A DNA stretch of 32,000 bases from Trichlorobacter lovleyi SZ (GCF_000020385.1 NC_010814.1:840001-872000), one strand, 5' to 3'; shown: positions 17,109 to 26,712, numbered from the stretch's first letter. Program-made: numbers and translations. Notes: generated by a model from the letters alone, not told the origin.

Positions 17109-17169
17109 TATACGCAGTGCATGTATATAAGAAAAATATATTGTTTTTATTGATACGATATAAATATCG
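17109..17169. promoter_or_regulatory. Divergent promoter region with two dyads: TATAC-N9-GTATA (17109-17127) and CGATAT-AA-ATATCG (17156-17169)
   Basis: The 119-bp intergenic region between the desulfurase and the LysR gene is AT-rich. Both dyads were read directly. Dyad-symmetric sites in divergent promoters are the usual LysR-type regulator arrangement. Confidence 0.35.
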
Positions 17170-17195
17170 AATAGTACTGATGGGGCACCGAATCC

Positions 17196-18110
17196 ATGGA
17201 TGTGAAACAGCTGAAATTCTTTATGGGCGTAGCGGAGTGCGAAAGTTTTACCAAGGCAGCAGAGAAACTGCATATAGCCCAACCGGCCCTCAGCATTGCT
17301 ATCAAAAAACTGGAGGAAGAACTGGACGTGCTTCTGTTGAACCGACGGGATAGAAGGATAACTTTGACTGCAGAAGGTGAAGCACTGTTACTCCATGCAC
17401 AAGGCATTCTTCAGGGCGTCAACAATGCGAAACGGGAGATTGACGATCTGCGGGGCTTGCTCAAGGGAGAGGTGCGTGTTGGTCTCACCCCGATGTTAAG
17501 CAGTTATTTCTTCCCGAAGATAATCGCCTCTTTCAAGCAGAGCCATCCTGGCCTCAAGATTTCCATTTCCGGTGACAGCGCCTGGAACATTCAGCGTAAA
17601 ATTGAGTCCGGAGAGTTGGATGTCGGAGTAATTGCTGGCGAAGTGCCAGAGGGCTTGGACACCCATCACCTATTACGGGAAGAAATCGTCGCATGCGTGT
17701 ACCCCGGACACCCCTTTGCCGGACGTAAAAAGGTTGCGCTATGCGAACTGCTTAGGGAACCGCTGATTCACTACAAGGAAGGGTATCACCTGCGGGAGTT
17801 GATTGATGACCTACATTCTGAGGAACGGATTACTCCTGTGGTGGTGGCAGAATCTAACTTGTTCACCTTGATCCGAAGTCTGGTCAAGGAGAGATTGGGG
17901 CTGGCGTTTTTCCTCAAGATGGTAGTAGCACGCGATGCCGAAGTAGTCGCCATCTCATCTGATCCGCAACTTTTTATGGATCTCCACATCGCGTGGAAGA
18001 AAAATTCGTATCTTTCGAAAGCAAACCGCGCCTTTGTAGATTTTCTTATCCGGGAACTGGATGAGTATTACATGATCACGCAGGCAGCGGGGTCGTTTCC
18101 ATTGCCTTGA
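17196..18110 (+). CDS. LysR-family transcriptional regulator
   Basis: 304-aa ORF with the N-terminal winged HTH MDVKQLKFFMGVAECESFTKAAEKLHIAQPALSIAIKKLEEEL and a C-terminal substrate-binding-domain length and pattern typical of LTTRs. Confidence 0.9.
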   Translation: MDVKQLKFFMGVAECESFTKAAEKLHIAQPALSIAIKKLEEELDVLLLNRRDRRITLTAEGEALLLHAQGILQGVNNAKREIDDLRGLLKGEVRVGLTPMLSSYFFPKIIASFKQSHPGLKISISGDSAWNIQRKIESGELDVGVIAGEVPEGLDTHHLLREEIVACVYPGHPFAGRKKVALCELLREPLIHYKEGYHLRELIDDLHSEERITPVVVAESNLFTLIRSLVKERLGLAFFLKMVVARDAEVVAISSDPQLFMDLHIAWKKNSYLSKANRAFVDFLIRELDEYYMITQAAGSFPLP

Positions 18111-18127
18111 TCAGTGGATCTCAAACA

Positions 18128-18745
18128 TCACATTGTAATCTCGACCTGATATGACCCCTCCCTGAAAAAATACGTTACTTGGCACCCCAATTCACGAAGC
18201 GTCTTTTTCATGATGTCGTTCTGCGGGTCCATCATGCTGCCGAATCGGTTGATACCATGCTCCCTGCCAATAGCAATAAGTTTCGACAGCATTGATTTGC
18301 CAATACCCATATTTTGCCAGTCGTCACGGACTGCAACGCCAAGGTCAGCAATCTGATCATCAGGATCATGTGTGTAGCGCGCTACAGCGATGATCTCAGT
18401 TTGACCGTCAGTTACAACCAGACAGGCAATGGCAAAGCTGGCATGGTAATCCAGGTGCGTGAACTGATGGAGCAGGTTTTCCGGCAGCTCATGGATGTTT
18501 GTCATGAAGCGCAGATAGCGGGATCGTGGGGTCATTTTGTTGAACATGTCAACCAGGAGGGGAGCATCGGTAGGGATGACCGGCCGAACGAGAACCTCTG
18601 CGCTATTCTTCAACACAAGGCGGGATTCATACTGGCGAAGGTGTTTTTCATCAGCCATGATCTTTCCTTTTCGACCTGCAGCTAGACAATCCACCCCTAA
18701 GCGAATGCCATCCGTGCATGGCATTTCTCCAAGATAAAATTTCAT
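18128..18745 (-). CDS. GNAT-family N-acetyltransferase
   Basis: The acetyl-CoA-binding motif is present (VAVRDDWQNMGIGKSMLSKLIAIGREHG). The ATG at 18743-18745 overlaps the stop of the upstream Kef-type gene (ATGA), suggesting coupling. An alternative start is ATG 18658, with AAGGAAAG upstream. Confidence 0.8.
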   Translation of the reverse strand: MKFYLGEMPCTDGIRLGVDCLAAGRKGKIMADEKHLRQYESRLVLKNSAEVLVRPVIPTDAPLLVDMFNKMTPRSRYLRFMTNIHELPENLLHQFTHLDYHASFAIACLVVTDGQTEIIAVARYTHDPDDQIADLGVAVRDDWQNMGIGKSMLSKLIAIGREHGINRFGSMMDPQNDIMKKTLRELGCQVTYFFREGSYQVEITM

Positions 18746-19386
18746 TCTTTGTCCGGAAGAAACAGCTTGCCCGCTGCAATCAACTGTTCCGGCGCCCCCA
18801 GCAACAACAGGATATCACCGGCTTGCAGCTCCCATACCGGGTCCGGATTGGGCACCACTTCTACGTCGCGTTTTATTACCATAACCGTTGCCCCGGATCG
18901 ATTTCTGATGGTGCCTTTACTCAGACTTTGCCCATCCAGAATCGATCCTTTCTGCACCCGGAACGTCGCCAGCTCGGCGCCGGACAGGTAACCGCTGATT
19001 CCTACCGCATGACTGTGACGCCGGCTCATTGTCCGGAGCATTTCATAGCCGTCGCTGCGGATTTCAGTGATGCATTGCTCGATGTCATCGTGCGGGACAA
19101 GATAGTTGCGTAACACCCGTGAGAGGATTTCCACCGATGTTTCAAATTCTTCCGGCACCACCTCGTTGACTCCCAGCTTGTAAAGCGGCTCGACTTCAAG
19201 GATGTATCTAGTCCTGACAATGATGTGAATTGCCGGATTGAGCTGCCGCGCAAGTGACGCAATGCTTCTGCTGGCGGCGGCATCCGATATGGCAACGACC
19301 ATCCCTCGTGCTCTTTCAATGAAGGCATGATTGAGGATCTCTGCCTTCGATGCGTCACCGAAAATTATGTCATGACCTTTTTTTAA
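18742..19386 (-). pseudogene. C-terminal fragment (rest of TrkA-N plus TrkA-C/RCK domain) of an IS-disrupted CPA2 Kef-type K+/H+ antiporter gene
   Basis: KKGHDIIFGDASKAEILNHAFIERARGMVVAISD... continues the Rossmann-type TrkA-N domain that begins at the end of the 20712-22056 fragment. An RCK_C-like end (GSILDGQSL...ATVMVIKR...LQAGDILLLLG) is present. The ORF-track start at 19443 lies inside the IS. Confidence 0.85.
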
Positions 19387-20711
19387 CAGGCTGTTGAAAT
19401 TGAAGTAGTAAAAACAGCCTTTTTTTAGTATATTTGTGCGCACAACACTCCGGTTTGATTGAGGAAAGTTATGCGCGGAACTGATGTCCAGAATGAAGCT
19501 CTTTTTGCCTATGTGACGCCTGAGTCATTTGTACCCAAGGATCATCCCCTGCGTGCTATTCGCAGTATGGCTGATCAGGCACTTTCCGAGATGAGCCCGC
19601 TCTTTGACAGCATGTATGCCGATTCCGGTCGTTCTTCCATTGCCCCGGAGAAGCTGCTGAAAGCACAACTGCTGATGATACTGTTCAGCATCCGCAGTAA
19701 CCGGCAACTGGTAGAGCAGATCCGCTACAACTTCCTGTACCGCTGGTTCCTTGGCATGGGACTGGATGATGAAATCTGGGATCACTCCAGCTTCACTAAG
19801 AACCATGAACGGTTAATTGGCTCTGATGTGGCCGCAGAGTTTCTATCCCGTATCCTTGCTCAGGCAGAGCGCAAGCGTCTCCTGTCCCGAGAGCACTTCA
19901 CCGTTGACGGCACCTTGATTGAGGCATGGGCCTCCATCAAGAGCTTCAAGCCCAAAGACGGTCCGCCATCTGCCGGTGGTGGCAAAAATAAATCAGTTGA
20001 TTTCAAAGGCAAACAACTCAAAAACGACACTCATTCTTCCAGCACTGATCCAAACGCCAGACTGTACCGCAAGGGCAACACCAAAGAGGCCAAGCTCTGC
20101 TACCAGGGACACACCTTGATGGAGAATAGAAACGGTCTGATCGTCAAGACCAGCGTCACCACGGCAACCGGTACCGGAGAGCGTGAAGCCGCCAAGGCCA
20201 TGATCAGACAATTGCCTCGTACTACCCGGCGTATCACCGTCGGTGCAGACAAAGGATACGACACCGAAGGCTTTGTCAAAGAGCTCAGGCAAATCAACGT
20301 CACGCCGCATGTGGCTCAGAACAACACCAGAAGGAAATCAGGCATTGATGGCAGAACCACCGCTCATCCGAATTACAGCATAAGCCAAAGGATCAGAAAA
20401 CGGATCGAGGAAGGCTTTGGCTGGATGAAGACCATCGGCAGACTGAGAAAGACCATGTATCGAGGCATTGAGAAGATTGCCTGGCAGCTTGATCTCCATG
20501 CAGCGGCCTACAACCTGGTACGCATGAAAAACCTGGGGCTCGGTGTCACCTGAGAGCGGCAAATCGGCCTTGGGGTGCATCAAGCATAGGCAAATAAAGT
20601 TGAAAAAGAGCAACACAACCGAAAACAGCGACATCTGAACAGCGAAGCAAACTTAAAAAATCAGCCGGCTGACTGGAACGGACTCAAATCGAGCCGATTT
20701 TCAACGACCTG
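19387..20711 (+). mobile_element. IS5-family insertion sequence, 1325 bp, with TTAA target-site duplication
   Basis: The terminal inverted repeats CAGGCTGTTGAAATT (19387-) and CAGGTCGTTGAAAAT (reverse complement of ..20711) match at 12 of 15 positions. The element is flanked by TTAA at 19383-19386 and 20712-20715. It carries a single DDE transposase gene. Removing the IS plus one TTAA restores the host reading frame. Confidence 0.85.
19471..20553 (+). CDS. IS5-family DDE transposase (InsH-like N-terminal domain)
   Basis: ATG at 19471 with GAGGAAAG upstream. The N-terminal FVPKDHPLRAIRSMADQAL...IAPEKLLKAQLLMILFSIRSNRQLVEQIRYNFLYRWFLG is typical of IS5/InsH-type transposases. C-terminal DDE-region motifs are present (VGADKGYDT, EEGFGWMK). 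Confidence 0.9.
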   Translation: MRGTDVQNEALFAYVTPESFVPKDHPLRAIRSMADQALSEMSPLFDSMYADSGRSSIAPEKLLKAQLLMILFSIRSNRQLVEQIRYNFLYRWFLGMGLDDEIWDHSSFTKNHERLIGSDVAAEFLSRILAQAERKRLLSREHFTVDGTLIEAWASIKSFKPKDGPPSAGGGKNKSVDFKGKQLKNDTHSSSTDPNARLYRKGNTKEAKLCYQGHTLMENRNGLIVKTSVTTATGTGEREAAKAMIRQLPRTTRRITVGADKGYDTEGFVKELRQINVTPHVAQNNTRRKSGIDGRTTAHPNYSISQRIRKRIEEGFGWMKTIGRLRKTMYRGIEKIAWQLDLHAAAYNLVRMKNLGLGVT

Positions 20712-22056
20712 TTAACTCCTTTTTAACGGTGTATGGGTTGGTTTCAATGACGACATAAGGAACATGCATTTTTTTTAATACCCGGGCCAGGTTTTTTCCA
20801 TTTACACCATAACCGACAATGATCATATGGTCGTTCAGGTCAATCGGTTTTTCATGCCGGGCGAGCACCCCCCTTCCTCTTGTCCAGGTATGCGGAAGCA
20901 ATCCGTCCACATAATCCGCAAGCAAAGGTGAGAACTTGATGAATGCCGGCGTGAGCCCCATGGTCGCTATGGATGCCGCCAGGAATATCTGGTAGAGCTC
21001 CTGTGAGAGCAGCCCGACTTTGATACCCACCTGGGACAGGACAAAGGAAAATTCGCCGATCTGGGCCAGGCACAGCGCTGCAATGATGGCGATGCGCATG
21101 GGGACGCCCAGTGTCAGTGCGGCGCCGGTGGTGACCAGCGTTTTGATGACAATGATGGCAGCCACCAGCAGACCAATCTCCACGGGATACTTCAGCAGGA
21201 TAGCCGGGTCGAGCAGCATCCCCACCGAGATGAAGAACAGGCTCATGAACGCTTCCCGGAACGGGATGATGTCACTCAGCGCTTGGTGGCTGTATTCCGA
21301 CTCTGAAATAGCCAGGCCGGCGATGAATGCGCCCAGAGCCAGAGAGAGTCCGGCCAGGGAGGTGAACCAGGCGGTGCCCAGACCAATGACGATGATGCTC
21401 AGGATAAACAGTTCCCGGCTGCGTGTCTTGACAACCTGCCTGAATATCCAGGGGACCAGGAAGCGTGCTCCGTAGTGGGCAGCAAGCACGACAATAGCGG
21501 CTTTGGCAAGGACGGTCAGCAACCCCTGCACGCCCCCGGCGTTTCCCGACAGTAGCGGTGTGAAGAGTACCATCGGCACGATGCAGAGGTCCTGGAAGAT
21601 CAGGATGCCCATGGCCATCCTGCCGTGCGGGGAATCGGCCTGGCCGGAATCGATCAGCAGCTTGATCACGATAGCCGTACTGGAGAGGGCAACCAGAAAA
21701 CCGAAAAATGCTGCTTCCCTGACCTGATAACCGAACAGCGGCCCTGCTGACAGGACGGCCAAAATCGTGACTCCTACCTGCAAGCCGCCACCCCAGAGAA
21801 GCAGATGCTTTATCCTCACCAATTCTTTGAGTGACAGTTCTATCCCGATGGTAAAGAGCAGTAGCACCACGCCAATCTCGGCCATTTTTTCAACATCATG
21901 GGAATTATTGATGACTGCGAGGGCATGTGGTCCTGCCAGAATGCCGGTTACCAGAAAGCCGATGATCGAAGGGAACATGAGCTTTCGGAACAGGACAACC
22001 GTTATCAGGGCAAGACAGAACAGGATCTCGATATCTTTAAGAACTTCATATTCCAT
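20712..22056 (-). pseudogene. N-terminal fragment (Na+/H+ exchanger membrane domain plus start of TrkA-N) of the IS-disrupted CPA2 Kef-type antiporter gene
   Basis: It contains about 12 hydrophobic segments followed by MIIVGYGVNGKNLARVLKKMHVPYVVIETNP (a GxGxxG Rossmann start). The reading frame runs 3 codons into the IS (TGR) and stops at 20701. Confidence 0.85.
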
Positions 22057-22091
22057 TTGGCAGCTATTCCTTCTTCAATAAATAACCCGGC

Positions 22092-22577
22092 TTACTCCTT
22101 GATTTCCTGTCCGGGGCTGACAAAAGAGATGCCTTGCCCACCGGTTGCCCCGATCATGACGCATTCAATTATCGGCGCGTTTATCGTTTTGTCTGATGAC
22201 CATCGAACGATGAAGTTGGCGCCAAATCCGCCCCGCGTATCCTTTTCCTCCAGGTAAATATGCTGGCTCCCCAGTGGGCCGATGTTCATGGGAGACTCAG
22301 CATATCTTCGAATCAAACGGCCATCGTTGTCGTAATAGTCAATGGACGTAACCTTGAAACTACCGGTAAGATCAACATTTCTGATACTCAGCATGGTTGC
22401 CAACTGAAAGGGATTCTTCTTGGGACCGCTGTAGACATTTGAATATGCCGGAACATACACGGTCTGACCTTTGGATAATTTTGCATCATACGTTGATGCA
22501 CATGAAACATTGACTGAAGCGGTTACCATGCCAATTACCAAGAAGATAACGAGCGATCTTTTGAATTCAATCATCAT
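22092..22577 (-). CDS. Secreted/periplasmic protein, DUF3124-like
   Basis: Start taken at ATG 22577 (MMIEFKRSLVIFLVIGMVTASVNVSCAS, signal-peptide-like). GQTVYVPAYSNVYSG and the following beta-rich sequence resemble what I recall of the DUF3124 family; this is from memory and not verified. Confidence 0.6.
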   Translation of the reverse strand: MMIEFKRSLVIFLVIGMVTASVNVSCASTYDAKLSKGQTVYVPAYSNVYSGPKKNPFQLATMLSIRNVDLTGSFKVTSIDYYDNDGRLIRRYAESPMNIGPLGSQHIYLEEKDTRGGFGANFIVRWSSDKTINAPIIECVMIGATGGQGISFVSPGQEIKE

Positions 22578-22615
22578 GACAGTTCCTTTCAATATAGTGA
22601 AATGTGTCGAACGAA

Positions 22616-25360
22616 CTACATTCGCGGTCTGCTGGGAACAGACAGTTGCCATTGACCGCGATCATACAAGTGGGGGGCAATTCCTTTTCGAATACCCTCG
22701 ATAATGACGGCAATCACACCCGGCATCAGTGTCCAACACAATTCGATCGCGCTCAGCGGATGAGTATGAAAGATTTTGTTGGCTACCGGCAAATAAATTA
22801 CCAGTAATTGCATCCCCAGTCCGAGTACCATGCAGACCAGAAGCCAGGGATTACTGAATAATCCGAGTCTCATGACTCCCCGTTCCGTGGAGCGGGCCTG
22901 GAATGCGAACAGCCACTCAAACACGACGATGCCGGTAAAGGTGACGGTCTGCCGTATTTCGTGGAGGGTTTCGCCGTCAACACCCACCGGCAATGGGGCA
23001 TGATGGAAGATCCAAGTAAAGAGCATGCTCATGGACACACCGGCAATCGCTATCCGCAGCAGCATACCGGGATAGAGCAGACCGACCCGGGGATCGCGGG
23101 GTGGTTGCTGCAGTTCGTTACCGACACCCGGTTCCATACCCAGCGGGATTGCCACCATCGCTCCGGTGACGAGGTTCACCCAGAGAATCTGGATCGGCTC
23201 CAGGGGGGATTCCCCATACAGTGCCACGCTCAGAAACAGCGTCAGCAGTTCGGCGCAGCAGGCCAGCAACAGGAAAAAGGTGACATTGCGCAGACGGTTG
23301 AAGACGATGCGCCCCTCTTCGACGGCGGCAACAATGGAGGCGAAATTGTCATCGGCCAGCACCATATCTGCTGCTTCCTTTGCCACATCAGTGCCGGTTA
23401 TCCCCATGGCCACTCCAATGCCGGCCGCCTCCAGAGCCGGGGCATCGTTGACGCCGTCACCAGTCATGGCGGCGATGTGACCATCCCGCTTGAAGATGTT
23501 GACAATGCGCAGTTTGTGCAGCGGCTCGATGCGGGCGTAGACATTGTGGGTACGGGAATAAGCGAGCAGTTGCTCATCGGTCATGGCCTCGATTTCATGG
23601 CCGACCAGGGCCGGGTCCCCCGGCGCGCAGATCCCGAGTTGTGATGCGATGGCGCTGGCGGTCAGGGGGTTATCGCCGGTGATCATGGCAACTCGGATGC
23701 CTGCCTGTTTGCACTGATGAATGGCCAGTTTCGCTTCTTCACGGGGAGGGTCGATCATCCCAGCAAGGCCGATGAGCACCAGACGGCCCTCCAGGTGTTC
23801 CGGCTCCAGCTTGCCAAGTTCGACGGGATACGGCGCGACAGCGATTGCCAGCACCCGCAGGGCCTGGCCGGCCATGGCACGGTTGGCGGACTGCACGGCC
23901 TCGCGGGTCTCAGCGGTGATCGGCAGTTCTTTGCCAGCCATGATGACGCCGCTGCACATGGCAAGTACCTTTTCCACCGAACCCTTGACATAGGCCATAC
24001 GCTGACCATCTTCGGCATGGAGCGTCGCCATGAACTGCTTTTCGCTCTCGAACGGGATTTCGTCCAGCCGCGGCTGTGTTTCCTCCAGTTCCCTCTTGAT
24101 CAGACCCGCCTTGCCGGCAGCGGCAAGCAGCGCCCCTTCGGTGGGGTCGCCGATGATGTCCCAACCGGAAGCGTTCTGGTCCAGGATGGCGTCGTTGCAC
24201 AATGCCGCGACCCGCAGAACACGCTGCAATTCCTGGTCAGTGGCCGGGGCAAGCGGTTCGCCATGCAGGTCGAACCCCCCTGCAGGCTCATAGCCGCTGC
24301 CGCTTACCGATATCTGCCGCCCTCCGGCCCAGATCCCGCGCACGGTCATCTGGTTGAGGGTGAGGGTGCCGGTCTTGTCGGAACAGATGATCGTCGCGGT
24401 CCCGAGGGTCTCCACGGCGGTCAGCTTGCGGATGATGACACTGCGTCCCGCCATGCGGTTGACACAGATGGCAAGCACGACGGTGACGGCGGCGGGAAGC
24501 CCCTCCGGGATTCCGGACACAGCGGCGGCCACCGCCAGCAGCAGCACGTCGATCCAGCTCATGTCGCGCAGGATACCGGCAACAGCCAGCATGGCACAGG
24601 CCCCTACCACCACCCAGATCAGGGAGTGTCCCAGTTTCTCCACATTCTGCTGCAGCGGAGTTTTATCCCTTTTGGCGCTCCGGATAGCATCGGCAATTTT
24701 ACCGATTTCCGTGTTCATCCCTGTTGCTGTAACGACGGCCACCGCCCTGCCGGAACTGACGGTTGACCCCATGAACACCATGTTCTTGCGGTCGTGGATG
24801 GCAGCGTCGGGTGCCACCGCCTTGACGCTCTTTTCCACCGGCATCGACTCACCGGTAAGGGTGGATTCGTTGGCTCTGAAGTTGGCAGTTTCAAGCAGCC
24901 TTGAATCGGCAGCAATACGATCACCAGCCTCAAGCACCAGCAAATCGCCCGGAACGATTTCAACCGCATCCAGCAGCTGCAGCGTACCGTTGCGCCTCAC
25001 CTTGGCTTTCGGTGCGCTCAGCTTGAGTAGAGCCGCCATGGCCGACCGGGCTTTCATCTCCTGGGCAAAACCGATAATGGCCATGATCAGCAATGCCGCA
25101 GCAATTACCAGCGCATCCACCAACCCTTTCAGATACCCTTTAACAACAGCCGCCCCGATCAGCATATACACCAGAGGGTTGGCAAACTGCTCCAGAAAAA
25201 GCAGGTACCATGGCTCCTGGTCCTTGGCGGCAAGAGAGTTGGTCCCAAAGTCAGCTAATCGTTGTCTGACCGTCTCATCATTCAATCCGCCGTGGCTTCC
25301 GCCACTTTCGCGGAGGACCTCTTCGCCAGGCATGGCCCAGGGGGCAGGGAGCATCTTCAT
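22616..25360 (-). CDS. P-type cation-transporting ATPase, P2 (Ca2+/cation, SERCA/PMCA-like) subgroup
   Basis: 914-aa ORF with TGES (LTGESMPV), IPEGLPAAVT, the phosphorylation site CSDKTGTLT, MITGDNPLTA and MTGDGVNDAPAL, plus about 10 transmembrane segments. Confidence 0.92.
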   Translation of the reverse strand: MKMLPAPWAMPGEEVLRESGGSHGGLNDETVRQRLADFGTNSLAAKDQEPWYLLFLEQFANPLVYMLIGAAVVKGYLKGLVDALVIAAALLIMAIIGFAQEMKARSAMAALLKLSAPKAKVRRNGTLQLLDAVEIVPGDLLVLEAGDRIAADSRLLETANFRANESTLTGESMPVEKSVKAVAPDAAIHDRKNMVFMGSTVSSGRAVAVVTATGMNTEIGKIADAIRSAKRDKTPLQQNVEKLGHSLIWVVVGACAMLAVAGILRDMSWIDVLLLAVAAAVSGIPEGLPAAVTVVLAICVNRMAGRSVIIRKLTAVETLGTATIICSDKTGTLTLNQMTVRGIWAGGRQISVSGSGYEPAGGFDLHGEPLAPATDQELQRVLRVAALCNDAILDQNASGWDIIGDPTEGALLAAAGKAGLIKRELEETQPRLDEIPFESEKQFMATLHAEDGQRMAYVKGSVEKVLAMCSGVIMAGKELPITAETREAVQSANRAMAGQALRVLAIAVAPYPVELGKLEPEHLEGRLVLIGLAGMIDPPREEAKLAIHQCKQAGIRVAMITGDNPLTASAIASQLGICAPGDPALVGHEIEAMTDEQLLAYSRTHNVYARIEPLHKLRIVNIFKRDGHIAAMTGDGVNDAPALEAAGIGVAMGITGTDVAKEAADMVLADDNFASIVAAVEEGRIVFNRLRNVTFFLLLACCAELLTLFLSVALYGESPLEPIQILWVNLVTGAMVAIPLGMEPGVGNELQQPPRDPRVGLLYPGMLLRIAIAGVSMSMLFTWIFHHAPLPVGVDGETLHEIRQTVTFTGIVVFEWLFAFQARSTERGVMRLGLFSNPWLLVCMVLGLGMQLLVIYLPVANKIFHTHPLSAIELCWTLMPGVIAVIIEGIRKGIAPHLYDRGQWQLSVPSRPRM

Positions 25361-25489
25361 ATCTTCACCTTCTCCAGCTGACTCATATTGAAAGGCCTTG
25401 AGCCGTAATTCAAAACAACCCTGATCGGGCGTGTTGCTTTGTTTGAATCAATTCACGCGGGAATCTGTAATAAGGGTCAATCCGAGTTG

Positions 25490-26662
25490 TTACTTTTGAG
25501 TTGCGGTTTTAAATCTCAATACCAGATAGCCGGCAACCCCCGAAAGGAGCGATCCCAGCAGAACAGCCAGCTTGTCGGCATACTGGTAGACTTTGTCATC
25601 AACAAATGCCAGTGAATCGATGAACAGACTCATGGTAAACCCGATACCCGTCATGATCGCAACACCATAGAACTGTGACCACGTGACGCCGTGCGGCAAT
25701 ACGGCAAATTTCAGCCGGATCGCTACCCAGCTGAACAGAAACACCCCGATCTGTTTACCGAAGAACAAGCCACACATGATACCCATGGGCACCGGACCGA
25801 AAATTTCCCTGAGCGATAACCCTCTCAGGTCAATGCCCGCATTGACAAAGGCGAAGAGCGGCAGGATCAAAAAAGATACCCAGGGATGCAGGTCATGCTC
25901 AAGTCGTTCGGCAAGTGCTACTCTGGTTCCATTACTTTCTTTCGCTTCCATCGGTATCATGAAGGCGAGGGCAACCCCAGCCAAGGTGGCGTGGACTCCT
26001 GATTTGAGCACGCTGACCCAGAGTACTGATCCCAACAGGATATAGGCGGCCTGGCGTGTGACGCCGATTCGATTGACGATAAAAAGCAGGACCAGTGTTA
26101 CAGAGGCAATCGCCATGGAAACGTGCGAAAGTTCAGCGGTAAAAAACAGTGCGATTATCACGATGGCGCCCAGGTCATCTATGATAGCGAGGGCCAGGAG
26201 AAAAATCTTCAGTGACGTCGGCACTCTTTTGCCAAGCAGGGATAATATCCCCAAGGCAAAGGCGATATCTGTAGCCGTAGGGATTGCCCATCCTTGGAGG
26301 GCAAGCGGCTGCTCGCGATTAAAGCCGATGTAGATGAGAGCGGGTACGGTCATACCGCCCAGAGCTGCAATGACCGGCAACGCAGCCTGGGACCATGAAG
26401 AGAGACTGCCGTAAAGGATTTCCCGTTTTACTTCAAGCCCTACCAGTAGAAAAAATACGGCCATGAGGCCGTCGTTGATCCAGAGCAGCAGCGGCTTGGC
26501 GATATCGAGTGCCCCGAACCTGATTTCCACCGGGGTGTGCAAAAAGAGGTTATATGCCTCCGCAAAGGGAGAGTTTTTCAGCAATAACGCGAGGCACGTC
26601 ACCGTAATGAGGACAACGCCGACCGACGATTCCCGCTCGTAAAAATCCTTGATAATTTTCAA
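25490..26662 (-). CDS. nhaA: Na+/H+ antiporter NhaA
   Basis: 390-aa ORF. WINDGLMAVFFLLVGLEVKRE, GWAIPTATDIAFALG and the DD motif in LAIIDDLGAIVIIALFF are characteristic of NhaA. Confidence 0.93.
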   Translation of the reverse strand: MKIIKDFYERESSVGVVLITVTCLALLLKNSPFAEAYNLFLHTPVEIRFGALDIAKPLLLWINDGLMAVFFLLVGLEVKREILYGSLSSWSQAALPVIAALGGMTVPALIYIGFNREQPLALQGWAIPTATDIAFALGILSLLGKRVPTSLKIFLLALAIIDDLGAIVIIALFFTAELSHVSMAIASVTLVLLFIVNRIGVTRQAAYILLGSVLWVSVLKSGVHATLAGVALAFMIPMEAKESNGTRVALAERLEHDLHPWVSFLILPLFAFVNAGIDLRGLSLREIFGPVPMGIMCGLFFGKQIGVFLFSWVAIRLKFAVLPHGVTWSQFYGVAIMTGIGFTMSLFIDSLAFVDDKVYQYADKLAVLLGSLLSGVAGYLVLRFKTATQK

Positions 26663-26712
26663 TACATAGCTCCATGAAACGGCAGTGGCCGCAGAAATTC
26701 ATTATTCTCGGC

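Noticed and set aside
23717-24766. 349-aa plus-strand ORF, plus the overlapping ORFs at 24354-25391 and 22961-23644
   Set aside because: They lie antisense to the P-type ATPase, which carries all canonical motifs (DKTGTLT, TGDN, GDGVNDAPAL). The antisense translations are Gly/His/Arg/Asp-rich and low in complexity, with no SD. These are typical shadow ORFs of GC-rich coding DNA.
25451-25462. CACGCGGGAATC, an 11-of-12 match to part of the tRNA-like fragment (CACGCGGGACTC); possible second att copy
   Set aside because: The match does not extend into the acceptor/CCA part. A 12-mer with one mismatch is expected by chance at an appreciable rate in 2 x 32 kb (my rough estimate is about 0.1-0.2 occurrences). 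There is no supporting context.
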